Origin: Eukaryota sp. GEM-RC1
Lineage: Eukaryota
Direction: 5' to 3'
Assembly: GCA_040285855.1 (NCBI GenBank)
Contig: JAUFOQ010000005.1
Span: 1,736,001-1,800,000, forward strand
DNA: 64,000 bases
Part shown: positions 1 to 11,921 of the stretch, piece by piece
Numbering within the stretch: position 1 is the first letter of the stretch
How the letters are laid out: each line of letters starts with the position of its first letter
Translations under genes and position numbers: made by a program
The notes under the pieces: model-generated
Database searches by the model: none
What the model was told of the DNA's origin: nothing
What the model saw: the letters and a program-made list of their open reading frames with translations, nothing else

Positions 1-2
1 AC

Positions 3-800
3 GTATTATCATTTTTAAATTTTTCCAATAATGTTCAAATTCTTGAGAAATGTAATGAATTAGTTGGACTAATTTCGAGAAATCCAGAGGCAATCAACGA
101 TTCTCTATTTGCAAGTACGTATTTATTTCAGAAAATTCTAATTTTCATTCTCCAAAATCTTTCAACTGAAGAATTATTCAGTATTGATGTGGATGTGTTT
201 TTAAAATTTGAAAACTTGAACAGTTATTTGAAAATCAACTTTCTTTTGTACATGTGTTACAAAAATTCGTTGAAGTTTCCATTTGTTCATTTTTCAAATT
301 TCAGCCTATTTTTGACTTTTTGATCCCACGTCGATAGAGTTCCCCACTATTAGCTTCATGATTCTTTTCCTAGTTTTCTCATCTCATTTCACAAAGACAT
401 CGTCCTCATTTTTAAATTCTTCAAAATCATTAAATTTGAACTTTGTCAAATATCTTCTATCCACTTTAATTGAAGACCATATCAATACTTTGTCTTTACC
501 TTCATTACTGATGCGAGTTAATAACTCTTCAGTATTAAAATTGAGTGATTCTGAAATTCCACTTAAAGTTATTCTTTTCCTGTTCAATTTCGAAACTTAT
601 GATAAATTAGAAACTGTAACTGACATGCTCCAAGAAATCATCATTACCATATCCGATTTCAAGTTTAAATTATTCCTTTTCAATCTTATATTTCTTACCT
701 AGACTTTGCTTCTATTTCCACTATTATTGTTTCTTTATCGTCTTGTTCGCTGAATACCCTTCCTAAAGTACCATCGAATGTTGACGGGGCCTTTCTTAAT
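3..800 (+). CDS. Probable 5' part (running off the window) of the HECT ligase gene, broken by two apparent frameshifts
   Basis: Frame 3 is open from 3 to about 320, frame 1 from about 322 to 702, then frame 3 runs into the 801 ORF, which has no ATG start. Leu/Phe-rich composition throughout. Confidence 0.5.
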
Positions 801-2408
801 TTGATTTATTACAATTCTGAAATTGAAAGTCTTTGGATTGGTCTTTTTGAAATCATTTTAAGTATTTTTTCAAAAATTGAAGAAAATCTATTAATTGCGG
901 ATGTTTCCTTTCTAGAAAAACTCCTAACAGGGTCCTTTGGAGTGATGTTTTCTTCCATTTATGAGCTATTGAAACGTGGACCGATTACTGGATTGTACAG
1001 TAAACAAAGTCAGTTTCTATTGGATTTTAGCACATCAATTTTAAAAATTCTAATCTATACCTTTGATATTCTTTTCTTTTCGGAAAAGTTTTCATATAGT
1101 CATTCCTTAGTTAATAATTTACTGAAAATCTTCAGTTTTCTTGTTGATCTCCCTTTCTTTTTGTCGTGGAAATATTTCAAATTATTAAAATTAGACCAGC
1201 AGCTATCACGTCATTTTCCAGATTCCACTGTAACAAGTGTTTTTAATATTTTCGAAGGTAAATTATCTAAACAATCAGCTCCTCTTAATGTTGACGTGAT
1301 CTATGATTGTCTCGTTCATTGTCCTGCGTTGGTTCCATTTTCGTACAAATTTAAAATTTTAAAATTGTACATTAGTTCAACTGTTTCTGAAGAGAAAGAT
1401 ACAATGAATGTTAATCGACAATCGGTTCTAGAGTCGTTGTCAAAAGAGTTCCATAAACGATCTCTTATTGATCTACGTGTCAAAAGTATTCGAATTTCTT
1501 TTGAAGGTGAACACGGTGTGGACGTGAAAGGTGTTCGGCAGGAGTGTTTTTCACTTGCATCCACTGAATTTTTTAAAAATGAAGAAATTTTCCACTTCAA
1601 TGAACAAAATCAGTCCATACCTGCCAGAGTTTCTCCTAAAAACCAAAAATTACTAGAGTTTTGCGGTCTTTTGCTTGGTAAAAGTTTACTACACAGCCTT
1701 GTTTTAAACGCTTCAATTCACCCACTCTTTTGGAAATTCCTTTCAAATTCAAAAATTAGTCCCTCTGAAATTTTATTCCATGACCCTCAACTTCTCTCTT
1801 CAATTTCTACTGTGTTTTCTTACCCTTTTGTTGAAGACCTAGGGTTATACTTCACTACTTTGGAAGGTGAACCTCTGATTGAGAATGGTGAGCTCGTCCC
1901 AGTCACTGATATTAACAAATTCTATTATATTCAAAAGTTAATCACACACACGTTTACCAAACATTTCCAAGAACCATGTACAATAGTCCGTCGCTCACTC
2001 TCATTACTATGCCCTTCAAAATACCTGTCACTTTTCTATCCACGTGAACTTTCCGTTTTGATCTGTGGGTTTGATTCGATTGATCTCGACCTTCTAAAGC
2101 AATCATGTTTGATTAAAGGCGGAGATGCTGAGAACTCTACAATACAATACCTTTGGGAAGAACTTGGAGGGGCTTCCCAAGAACGTCTCCAGCAATTCAT
2201 TGAGTTTGTCACTTCCTCTCCAAAACTTGTTGTCCAGTCTAATGATGAACCCTTGTTAACTCTCTGTTTAACTCCAAAGTCGGGAAGGCTTCCCACTGCG
2301 TCTACTTGTTTTAATATGTTGAAGTTACCAGACTATGGATCACCAACAGTCTTGTCTGAGAAACTTTGGCAAGCAATCGAAAGTGATCGTAGTTTTAGTT
2401 TTGATTAG
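801..2408 (+). CDS. HECT-domain E3 ubiquitin ligase (UBE3B/UBE3C/Hul5-like), C-terminal part
   Basis: HECT motifs: VNRQSVLE, ISFEGEHGVDVKGVRQECF, ELSVLICG, QFIEFVTSS, catalytic RLPTASTCFNMLKLPDY, terminal F-x-F. Confidence 0.93.
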   Translation: MIYYNSEIESLWIGLFEIILSIFSKIEENLLIADVSFLEKLLTGSFGVMFSSIYELLKRGPITGLYSKQSQFLLDFSTSILKILIYTFDILFFSEKFSYSHSLVNNLLKIFSFLVDLPFFLSWKYFKLLKLDQQLSRHFPDSTVTSVFNIFEGKLSKQSAPLNVDVIYDCLVHCPALVPFSYKFKILKLYISSTVSEEKDTMNVNRQSVLESLSKEFHKRSLIDLRVKSIRISFEGEHGVDVKGVRQECFSLASTEFFKNEEIFHFNEQNQSIPARVSPKNQKLLEFCGLLLGKSLLHSLVLNASIHPLFWKFLSNSKISPSEILFHDPQLLSSISTVFSYPFVEDLGLYFTTLEGEPLIENGELVPVTDINKFYYIQKLITHTFTKHFQEPCTIVRRSLSLLCPSKYLSLFYPRELSVLICGFDSIDLDLLKQSCLIKGGDAENSTIQYLWEELGGASQERLQQFIEFVTSSPKLVVQSNDEPLLTLCLTPKSGRLPTASTCFNMLKLPDYGSPTVLSEKLWQAIESDRSFSFD

Positions 2409-2511
2409 GAAGTTTTCGAAAATTGAGTAAAACATGTAGTTTTTTTTGAAATGTGTTAATTTATTAATTTGTTCACAAAGCGGATAATTTGACTAAATAG
2501 TGTACAAACCA

Positions 2512-3228
2512 TTAACTTTCTAAACAAAAACATATAGAAGATAACGACATCCCTAAAAATACAAAAAACAAAATAATTCCCGAGTGAGCTCTAATAAAAG
2601 CTTCTGGTAGTAACATTAATGAAGTTAACAACATCACCCCACCAAGTCCCGCGTGAACATAAGAAAGAACGACATCAGATGGAGTGAAGAGCAGAGGCAG
2701 CATACCACCTAAAGTTTCGGAAAACCCAGAAAGAAAAGAAAAGAATAGCACCTTAGTTTTGGACACACCCGCTGACATTAAAGGAAGTCCCATAGCTAGA
2801 CCTTCAATGACGTTATGAACAATGATAGCCATCATTCTGGTAAATGAATATGAGGTTGAAACTACTAGGCCTTCAGGGACATTGTGAAGAGAGATTGAGA
2901 AAAAGACAAAGAAAGCTGTTTTAAATATGGCAGCCCTTGGTTTGTCTTTTGTAGAAGAAGAAGATGCTAGTGAGGGTTCTGGGACGATAAACACCAGTAA
3001 GGAGAAAAGAAGAATTCCTGTAAAGAAAGCTAAGTGTGCGGGTACAGAACCAATGTCGATGGCAGCAGATTGGAAAAGATCAAAGACTCCAATGTGTAAC
3101 ATAACGCCAGATGTGAAAGCAAAACATATGGCAAGTTGTTGTGACCTAAGGTTGCGGCCTAAGAATACAGATATTAGTCCTCCAAGTAAGGTACTAAGAC
3201 ATCCTGAAACAAAAGTTCTGAAAAACAT
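2512..3228 (-). CDS. ZIP-family (ZupT/ZIP11-like) zinc/metal transporter, about 238 aa
   Basis: Multiple hydrophobic segments; motifs FTSGVML, SLHNVPEGL, IVHNVIEGLA, LSGFSETLG, LLPEA. Start placed at ATG 3228 (MFFRTF) because the longer ORF would overlap the next gene. Confidence 0.9.
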   Translation of the reverse strand: MFFRTFVSGCLSTLLGGLISVFLGRNLRSQQLAICFAFTSGVMLHIGVFDLFQSAAIDIGSVPAHLAFFTGILLFSLLVFIVPEPSLASSSSTKDKPRAAIFKTAFFVFFSISLHNVPEGLVVSTSYSFTRMMAIIVHNVIEGLAMGLPLMSAGVSKTKVLFFSFLSGFSETLGGMLPLLFTPSDVVLSYVHAGLGGVMLLTSLMLLPEAFIRAHSGIILFFVFLGMSLSSICFCLES

Positions 3229-3287
3229 AATGATGCAAAGACTTTCAGACAAAATCTTCACCGTTTGCTCTTGTCTCTGCCTAATAA

Positions 3288-5089
3288 ATGTCTTACTCTG
3301 ATGATGACTTTGAAAGCTATGAGTCCGATTTTGAGAGCTTTGATGAATCAGATGAATCTCCTGAACCTTCATCTACCCAATCGCATCTTCAAAAGATGAT
3401 GGACAAAGAAAACGCTTCCTTCACATCTCCCAGCAGCTCTTCATCTCAACCTCGTTCTATAGTTCAACCCTTCAAATTCACTTTCTCAACACCAAATCCA
3501 CTCTCCAAGCAAAAACAATCAGAAATCCTGGAAAAATACCGTACAATCACCTCCATCCTCTCCTTTGAAACCTCTCATCCCATAACTCTCTTCTCCTGCA
3601 ACCTCTCTAGACCTACTAATTCCATATCCACTCAGTCTTTGGGTTCTTCCAATGATGTTTTCTCTACAGGTACGACCTTCTACAAAGGACGTAGTCTCGA
3701 GTTCGACTCTTGGGCTTCACACTTCTGAAGTTATGGATTGTTTTGTTAATTCTGATGATGAAATTGAAGGTGACGAGGTGAAACAATCAAAGACAACATT
3801 TAAAATATTTAATTATGACAAGTTGGTCACTTTTTTGAATGTTTTGGTTAAGCCGTTGACGGTAATTTTGGAACGAAATTATAAGGAAAACAGTGTTGAG
3901 CTAAAATCCAACGAAATTTCAAAAATTCATGATTTTTATGGAAACTTGGATTGTTTCAGTTTCTGTCAATCATTAAACATTGTCGGATTTGGTCTTACCA
4001 ATCAAAACTGTGAAATTTTAATATTTGATTTATCCGACGTTTCGTCTTTTTCCATCAAACTACCTTGTCCTGTTTTCAAATTTTTAATTATCCCATGCCT
4101 TTCAAATTTCTACGATTATTTCATTATTGGAACCTCTTCTGATGGTATGGTCTTTTGCTTTACAGTCGTTGATGGCACTCTTTCCCATTCTGTGAAAGGA
4201 TCTTTTGAAGTAGGAAAGAGTTTAGATCTCAATACTATTGGATCTGTTGTCGATATTGAATTAGTCTCAAATAATCCAAATAATGTAGAATTTGGTATTT
4301 TGACCGATTTTGAGTTCTTTTCCTTTTATAATCTTGAGTTTTCTTCTGATCATTCTGCTATTACAAATGTTTTGTCTTTGTTTAAGGGAATTCCTTGCAG
4401 ATTCAATTATATTAAAGAATCTAAAGCAGAAACTGTAAGGAAAGTTGGATCGCAATGTTTTGAGTTTTGCACATGTTATTTAAAAAATTCAAATAAGCCG
4501 ATCTATGTCATTGCTAAAAATTTTAAAATTTATTCACAACTTCTTCCTGGTTCTGCCATGGATTTTGCTGAATTTCCGATTCCAAAAAAGTTTTCGTATT
4601 CTGACCGATCACCTGTTAAACTTGTAACAAATCCGATATGTCCTGAATTCTTTTCATTGTTTCATATTTTTCGATTTCTATCTATTCTATTCTTTCATCA
4701 ACTCCTCTTTGGACTTACTCCTTAATATTTGAAAATTTTGAAATTTCTGCAAATTCTATTAAAACTCTTGGTTTTAGTCATCATCCCAAATATCCGTTTT
4801 TATTCACTGTCACTGCTGGAACCAAAATTTTAATTTTTGATTTATATCACTCAACAACATCACCACGATCAAGTCTTCCCATGAGTGAGCTCGTATCTGA
4901 CGTTTTGTGGGGTCAAAATTATTTATATTTGATTGTGGATTCAAAATGTTCTTTCAGCTACCTTTTCCAGGATATCTTGAAGAAGAATATGAAAAGAAAA
5001 ACAAATCAACACAATTCAACATCCAAGAAATCCGATCTGTTTTTACAAAATTAAAAAATCTCGAATTTTCAAATGTACCACCATTGTAA
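3288..5089 (+). CDS. WD40 protein, WDR60/DYNC2I1 (dynein-2 intermediate chain)-like; frameshifted near 3660, 4680 and 4905
   Basis: Acidic YSDDDFESYESDFE motif like the WDR60 family, an STQS LC8-site-like motif, then beta-rich WD-like segments across ORFs 3288-3728, 3652-4725 and 4907-5089. Confidence 0.55.
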
Positions 5090-5179
5090 CTTCATGTTTT
5101 GTAATATCAATCCTGAATATGGTTCTGAATAATTTCTTTTCCAAGTACCAAACTTGGTTTTTGTAATACTAGCATCAAT

Positions 5180-6517
5180 TTAACACAAGAAGTCTCGAGA
5201 AGTCTTTGGTTTTGGAACCCACATCTTCCCTTGAAACCCTATGCTCTGTAGCAACTTCCTCCCTCTATTATTCACACTAAGTGGCTTATCATCCCTTGAT
5301 CTCTCCACACGACCACCACTTGTATACACGACCCCTTTGTCTCTACGTTCCTGAGCTCTGTCTCTATAATCATCAGGAGAACTCCTTGGAAGATCTAGTA
5401 CTGGGAATCCCTTCCAACGTGATGGGATTGATGATTGAGTGGTCGACACTGGAACTACTGTTTCGTATGTTGATTGATCCTCTAATAGTCCTAAACTTCT
5501 TTTTGATTCGCTAATCATTTCTTCTGTTGGTGGATTTACTTTAATAAAGTCGTCTTTTGTTTCACTATATTGATAGTAAGTGGATGTGTAAGGATCGTAT
5601 AAATGAAAAGTGTTCGGTAAGTAGTAAAGGTTGGAGTGAATATCGAGATAGAAACCATCTGGAATTTTGCCGGCACTTTGAACTTCTTGTTTCTTTGGTG
5701 CTCCCATATCTTCAGCAATGTCTCTAAACGTATCCATGATCCAATCAACGCTATCATCACGTGGTTCCTCTCCTTCCTCCTCATCTTCTTCTTCCTTCAT
5801 ATTATCACATAGATACTCCGGAGCTTCTTCCCACGAGATCTTTTGATCTGCTGACGATGGTTGCCTTGCAAAACACACGCTAACACTGACCCCATTAATC
5901 ATCAACTTTGACCCTGATACTGAAGGACAAATCACGCCATCAGAAACGTGCTTTGGACTCTTCTCTTGGAGTCTACGTAACGCTCTCAATGCCTCCACAG
6001 CAGAAGAGAATCTACACAGAGCGTCGTTTCGTTGTCTGCTGAACACAACTGCTTTACACTCCATGGATGTTTGCTTCTTTAAGAACACGTGGATATCTTG
6101 ATGAGTTGTAGTTGAAGGAGCATTGTGTATGACCAACGTGTCAGTAAAGTAAGATGACGTTTTAACTACTGATTGGGTACCATTTGGAAGAGAAGCACAT
6201 GAAAAGCACTGTTTCCTTTTAGAAAAGTTAATGTTATGACAATTGCTACAAACCCAATCAGGTTTCGTTAAACGACTTGGTCTAGAAGAGGAAGGTTCAA
6301 AGGGCTCAGCAATGAGTGGGGAGTTGAAGAGATATATAGGTGTAGCTAGAGCATTATGTACAGATGAAGGATCAGAGAACTCAATAAAAGCGATATCACT
6401 AGATTTACCAGAAATTTTAAGAGAAAGAATAGTGCCAAAGGGTTGTAGTATTTTGAGAAGGTTTTGTTCTGTTACACCTTGAGGTAGACGTTTCAGAACA
6501 AGAGTCTGACTGTTCAT
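5180..6517 (-). CDS. RBM5/RBM10-like RNA-binding splicing regulator (RRM, RanBP2 zinc finger, RRM, OCRE, degenerate G-patch)
   Basis: RRM (AFIEF), DWVCSNCHNINFSKRKQCFSC zinc finger, OCRE-like GFYLD..YY..LYDP..YY, YRDRAQERR, NNRGRKLLQSIGF. First ATG at 6517. Confidence 0.85.
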   Translation of the reverse strand: MNSQTLVLKRLPQGVTEQNLLKILQPFGTILSLKISGKSSDIAFIEFSDPSSVHNALATPIYLFNSPLIAEPFEPSSSRPSRLTKPDWVCSNCHNINFSKRKQCFSCASLPNGTQSVVKTSSYFTDTLVIHNAPSTTTHQDIHVFLKKQTSMECKAVVFSRQRNDALCRFSSAVEALRALRRLQEKSPKHVSDGVICPSVSGSKLMINGVSVSVCFARQPSSADQKISWEEAPEYLCDNMKEEEDEEEGEEPRDDSVDWIMDTFRDIAEDMGAPKKQEVQSAGKIPDGFYLDIHSNLYYLPNTFHLYDPYTSTYYQYSETKDDFIKVNPPTEEMISESKRSLGLLEDQSTYETVVPVSTTQSSIPSRWKGFPVLDLPRSSPDDYRDRAQERRDKGVVYTSGGRVERSRDDKPLSVNNRGRKLLQSIGFQGKMWVPKPKTSRDFLC

Positions 6518-6656
6518 GTGAGATTTGTTCAAAGATGAAGTAACAGATGAAGCAACCTAGAGCTACTTGTAGTGGTACTAGTGGTAAAAGTACTGCTAGT
6601 TTGATGAGGAAATTCGAAACCGTTCTCATTTGCTAGTGGATTATCTCAACTTCCAA

Positions 6657-8465
6657 ATGTCTGCTCGTCTAGCCAGCTTAAAGAATCAGCCAATCAATCT
6701 TGTGGCAATTCGAGACAAAGTAAAGTCCGACTTACTAGATCAACTTCGGTCTGTTCAAGGTGCCAAGGCGTTAGTCATTGACCCTGAACTCATTGGTCCC
6801 ATCAAACTCATTGTTCTACAAGAAGAACTTCGTTCTGCCGGTATAACAGCTTTCTACTCGTTATCCTCCAATCTTCCTCCCACAGCTCCTGCTGGCATCT
6901 TCTTCATTGCCAGAGCCACTCCACAAAACGTCTACAAGATATGTGACTCCAAACAAGTCTGTGGTGACGTTGTCCAAGGTTCTACTACACGCCGTTCCTA
7001 CAAAGTTCTCTTCGTCCCCCACGTAACCCAGGTAGTCACAAGACTTCTAGAACAACGTAACATACTTTCTTCACTTAAACTAGCTGCACTTCCCCTCAAC
7101 TTGATCCCTCTTGATGACGATATTCTCTCTCTAGAACATCCTCTGTCCTTCCGTCAAGTCTTTATTGATGGGGATACATCTGCGGTCTATCAAGTGGCTC
7201 ATTCAATTCTTGACATTGAACGGCGGCATGGTGTGATTGTGAAGATTGTTGCTTTGGGAAAGCATTCTATATCATGTGCTCAAGCTCTACAACGATTGAA
7301 GAAGTCTTCGGAAGTCACGATTGCCCCTCAATCACCTGAAATAGAAAGGCTCATTCTAATGGATCGTACTTTTGATCCCATCTCTCCAATGTGCACTCAG
7401 TTGACGTATGAGGGTCTGATTGACGAAGTGATTGGGATCAACTCTGGCGTTGTCCAACTTCCTGCTTCCATCCACGGCAAAGAAGTTCCTAAAGCTCTCA
7501 ACTCTAACGATTCTTGTTTCCCGGAGTTTAGAAACCTCAACTTTGCTGCCCTCCTTCCTATTCTACACAAGAAAGCTTCCTCAATCACTGCTACAGTTGA
7601 GGAACTTGAACGATTGAAGAACACAAGAGATGCGAGGATCGAGGATGTTCAGGAGCTTTGGAATAATGTACCTGCGTATCTTGAAGAGAAGAAGTACCTT
7701 CCTGAACACTTGAACTTGGCTGAGTACCTTTTAAATGCCACGTCATCAACGATTGATGGACGATTGTTCCATCGTAAGATTGAACATGAACAGCTTGTGA
7801 TGAGTGGTGGTGATCCCGACTATATTGGATTTATTGAAGAATTGATTGGTCGTGGTTCCAGTTTTGAATCGGTTATTAGATTAATGTGCTTGTATTCTCA
7901 AATGACTGGTGGTTTTAAAAAGTCAGTTTATGAACATCTAAAGAAGGATGTGTTGCTGGAATATGGTTTCCATCATGTGTTTACTTTTATTCATTTAGAA
8001 ACTCTAGGTTTGCTTAAGTTTGGAGGGTCAAAATCATTTTGGACTGGGATGCGACAGAAATTAAAATTGGTTAATGAAAATCCTGATGAATCGGACCCCA
8101 ACGACATGGATTTTGTCTACAGTGGCTACACGCCTCTGTCGTGTCGACTTATTCAGCGAATTATTTCAAATTTGTCGTTGCATAAGCCTACTTTTGAAAG
8201 TCTGGATGAACACTTAGCCAAACTAGGACCAGTGGAAGAGTTTTCCCAAGAGATTCCTCCAGGAACGGTAGTAAAAGAAGACCAAGGACCTCAGCTGAAT
8301 TTCTGTTTCTTTATTGGTGGTTTGACCTTTGCTGAGGCGTCTGCTTTGAGGTGGATGTCGAGTAAAGGTTTACCTCAAAGGAATGGGTTATTGCTTGGGA
8401 CTACTAATCTTTGTAATGGTTCTACTATGGTGAAGTCATTGGTAGAAGGAGTTCCCGGACTGTGA
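6657..8465 (+). CDS. VPS33: Vacuolar protein sorting 33 (Sec1/Munc18 family)
   Basis: GAKALVIDPELIGPI, LIPLDDDILSLE, LILMDRTFDPISPMCTQLTYEGLIDE, FVYSGYTPLSCRL, FFIGGLTFAEASALR. First ATG at 6657. Confidence 0.93.
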   Translation: MSARLASLKNQPINLVAIRDKVKSDLLDQLRSVQGAKALVIDPELIGPIKLIVLQEELRSAGITAFYSLSSNLPPTAPAGIFFIARATPQNVYKICDSKQVCGDVVQGSTTRRSYKVLFVPHVTQVVTRLLEQRNILSSLKLAALPLNLIPLDDDILSLEHPLSFRQVFIDGDTSAVYQVAHSILDIERRHGVIVKIVALGKHSISCAQALQRLKKSSEVTIAPQSPEIERLILMDRTFDPISPMCTQLTYEGLIDEVIGINSGVVQLPASIHGKEVPKALNSNDSCFPEFRNLNFAALLPILHKKASSITATVEELERLKNTRDARIEDVQELWNNVPAYLEEKKYLPEHLNLAEYLLNATSSTIDGRLFHRKIEHEQLVMSGGDPDYIGFIEELIGRGSSFESVIRLMCLYSQMTGGFKKSVYEHLKKDVLLEYGFHHVFTFIHLETLGLLKFGGSKSFWTGMRQKLKLVNENPDESDPNDMDFVYSGYTPLSCRLIQRIISNLSLHKPTFESLDEHLAKLGPVEEFSQEIPPGTVVKEDQGPQLNFCFFIGGLTFAEASALRWMSSKGLPQRNGLLLGTTNLCNGSTMVKSLVEGVPGL

Positions 8466-9542
8466 TTTGTATAAAATATTTATTATGTATACAATTTTAA
8501 TTTTTTGGTTGTAATTGGTTTGCTTGTTGGCTCTTAATTTTTTGTAAAACGTGAAGATTTGTATCACGAAACACTGAAAGGATTACAGTAAATACGAAAA
8601 CTAATTCAGGATTGCACAAATATTATAATAAACCTAAAATGTTACGCGGTTTGAAATCAGAAGTAGTCGGTATGGATCAGAGTATTTGAGTTTAAAACAT
8701 CCTAAGTTAAAGGTATAGAACTTCAACTATTCTGGAAAAACGTAGAGATGAAGATTATATCTCAAATAAACACGTAATTGGATAATGTTAAGGAGAATTT
8801 TCAAAAGTATTGTATTTTCCAAATACTTGTCACAGAGCTTTAAAGGTTTAGATTTCTAGCAATAATGAACTATCAGAAATATAGACAGTTAAATTGTCAA
8901 CATCCAACCGGGATTAGTTCTCACGTGATTTAGTAGAAAGACGCATCTTATCTACTTAGGAATGCTGAATTGAAGCGCAAAAATACAATTAATCTTTACT
9001 AAACCGTTGGAGACATTGGTCTATCAGTTTTGGACTGTATTACTGCTTTTGATCTTTTCTGACATTCAAACAAGGACGCTTTTATTCGTTTTGAAAAATG
9101 AAACAAATGATTACTTAAATTATGTACATGTATATTGATTGAATTTCCTCAAAGTAACAACATACTGTAATTGCTGACAGTGTTAAGCCTATGACTATTA
9201 GAATCATTCAAAATGGTGTACTTGTGCAAACGTATAAATGGGAGTAACATCAACCAAAACTTGAGAAGAATCTGAGGAGGAAACAGTAAATAAACACCAT
9301 ATTATCATTCTAGATGAAAATCAATTTCTCGTTGAATAAGTGACAAGCTACCCAATACAGATAAATAATACAGATATTTTGAAAACCACAGTACTTCATT
9401 TTGATGGCAAATCTCATACCGTCTCCAAGAATGGTTCATGATGGATTAAAGGGATTCACTAATAGTATTGTTCTTCTAGTGACTGGAGAGTTCGAACGGT
9501 GCTTGGTTTTAAAACCAAGTTGACATTGTTCAGTTTGAGGGA

Positions 9543-11140
9543 ATGCAGAAAGTGTCTTCTGGATCAATGCCCTCGCCTTGCCCTGATTCTTTGTTGAAAA
9601 GAAGTTGTTCACCCCCTTCCAGCTTCTCCTATCTGATGTCTGACTGTGAAGAACTGTCTGTATTGTCTTCATCCACACCTCCTCCCTCTAAACGTGTCCA
9701 TGTTCAGCAGACTTTGTTGATTCTGATTCATCTTCACTTGCTGAGACGTCTTCTCAAGCGTACTTTCAAAGATCATCATGATGGAACTAATCCTCAACTC
9801 ACTGGTTTGAAAACAACGTTACCTGCATTCTTTGGACAAGTTGGCTATGTAAGTAATCACTTCCTTGATTCTTCATTGCAAGCTGTTAAAGTGTTTTTTC
9901 ATTTACACACCTTTCATACTGATCTTGAACACCTTCCCAAACTAGTTTCACTTGCTTCCTTCTTTGGAACAGATCCACAATCTGTTTTCTTGGACACTGG
10001 CGAAACTTTTGAAATTGAGAAATTTCTTAATTATTCTGGTATAATTACAGGATTGATCATCGTACTAAGAAAACCCTCTGATTTAGAGTTTCTAAATAAT
10101 ACTTCTTCTTTATTTCCACGTCTTAAGCAGCTAGAAGTAGAAGTGATCCAATACGTCTCTCTTTCTATGTTATTGGTTGAAGCTTTGAAAACCAATACTA
10201 CAGTTACAAGTGTTCATCTGGGGGCAACTCTATTGGAGCTGAAGGTGCTAGAGCTTTGGCAGAGGCCTTGAAAGTTAATGTTTCAGTTGCAAGTATTAGT
10301 CTGTGGGAAAACTCTATTGGAGATGAAGGTGCCAGAGCTTTGGCAGAGGCCTTGAAAGTTAATGTTTCAGTTACAAGTATTAGTCTGTGGGAAAACTCTA
10401 TTGGAGATGAAGGTGCCAGAGCTTTGGCAGAGGCCTTGAAAGTTAATACGTCAATTACAAGTGTTAATCTGCTTGACAACTCTATTGGAGCTGAAGGTGC
10501 CAGAGCTTTGGCAGAGGCGTTGAAGGTCAATACTTCAGTTACAAGTGTTAGTTTAAATGAAAACTCTATCGGAGCTGAAGGTGCCAGAGCTTTGGCAGAG
10601 GCGTTGAAGGTCAATACTTCAGTTACAAGTGTTAGTTTAAATGAAAACTCTATCGGAGCTGAAGGGGCCAGAGCTTTGGCAGAGGCGTTGAAGGTCAATA
10701 CTTCAGTTACAAGTGTTATTCTAACTAGCAACAATATTGGTGATGAAGGTGCAAGAGCTTTGGCTTATGCGTTGACAGTTAATGCTTCAATTACAACTGT
10801 TACATTGCGTTTCAACTCTATTGGAGATGAAGGTGCAAGAGCTTTGGCAGAGGCGTTGACAGTTAATGCTTCAATTACAAGTGTTACATTGCGTTTCAAC
10901 TCTATTGGAGATGAAGGTGCAAGAGCTTTGGCAGAGGCGTTAAAGGTTAATGCTTCTGTTACAAGTATTGATCTGAGGAACAGCCACATTGGAGCTGAAG
11001 GTGCTAGAGCTTTGGCAGAGGCGTTGAAAGTTAATACTTCAGTTAAAAGTATTGATCTAAGATACAACGATATTGGAGATGAATGTGCCCGAGCTTTAGA
11101 AGAGACATTGAAAGTTAATACCATAGTTCACATAGATTAA
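9543..11140 (+). CDS. LRR gene A: N-terminal domain plus 11 RI/NLRC3-type 28-aa LRRs; one frameshift at G-run 10220-10224
   Basis: ORFs 9543-10271 and 10256-11140 join if one G is added; repeats xxLxxNSIGxEGARALAEALKVN. Confidence 0.85.
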
Positions 11141-11921
11141 ATACATGTACGTATATAGTATATTTTTGTCATCCTCTATACACAGTATTTTTTTCAGGTT
11201 ATCAAAATCAAAGTACTTAAAAAAAGAGGACTCAGTTCTGTTATTTAAATTGAGAATCTGAATCAATTTCCACAAAGACCAAAACATAATGTTGTTTACA
11301 ATCACAACTGTAGAACAGAATCAGTACGGTATCATATCTATATTTTGTCTCATTCTCCAGAAGTTCGCGTCTTTTCAATTCCCTAAGTCATTTAGTTATA
11401 TAACTTCTTGGTTTATATTTTCTAGCCGAACTATACAACAACGAAAACCGAAACCCGTGTAAGTCAATGTTCTGTAGTAACAAAGGAGATATCATCAGCT
11501 CTACATCAACCTCACAAATGATCAATTGTTATAGTAATTGTTGTACGTATAACAGTTGTTTGTTATTTCACAGGAAGAAACACCTACAGAGATCGCAAAA
11601 TTGTATTTATTCCAGTTTTCACTTCGTTCCAGTAAGTGAAGGGTGTACTCTTGTGCACTCCCCCAATCAAAACCACACGTCAGACCTCTTGAAAAAAAAG
11701 AATGGCTTCGTGTGTTCCAAAAAAGAAGAACAAGAAGTGTAATGTTGATGTATGCAGGGGTGTCAATACAGGATTGGTTTTCCAATACTGCAATCAGTAT
11801 CGCTCCAATAATTACTGCCGTTAATTGAGGTGGTTTAGCATTTAATGTAACTATCTGGAGATATTGCAGCATTGCCAATATACTTTGAGTTGATTGTTTC
11901 GTTTTTTAACTTCAATATTTT

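Noticed and set aside
2927..3372. ORF 2927-3301 and the 5' extension of the ZIP ORF to 3372
   Set aside because: Antisense shadow of ZIP, and overlap with the 3288 gene; ATG 3228 gives a normal ZIP start.
3..5089. Frameshifts in the HECT and WDR60-like genes as pseudogenisation, recoding or an alternative genetic code
   Set aside because: Breaks are frame changes near homopolymers rather than in-frame stops, and long clean ORFs end in TAA, TAG and TGA normally; assembly indels are the simpler explanation.
10200..11100. CRISPR-like look of constant plus variable 84-bp units
   Set aside because: In-frame protein repeats with a short variable part; eukaryotic context and no cas genes.
11522..11878. 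Recurrent hydrophobic minus-strand ORF (MLQYLQIVTLNA..) in each 3' spacer
   Set aside because: Start codons are mostly non-ATG, length varies by frameshift (86-118 aa), no motif is recognised, and recurrence is explained by unit duplication.
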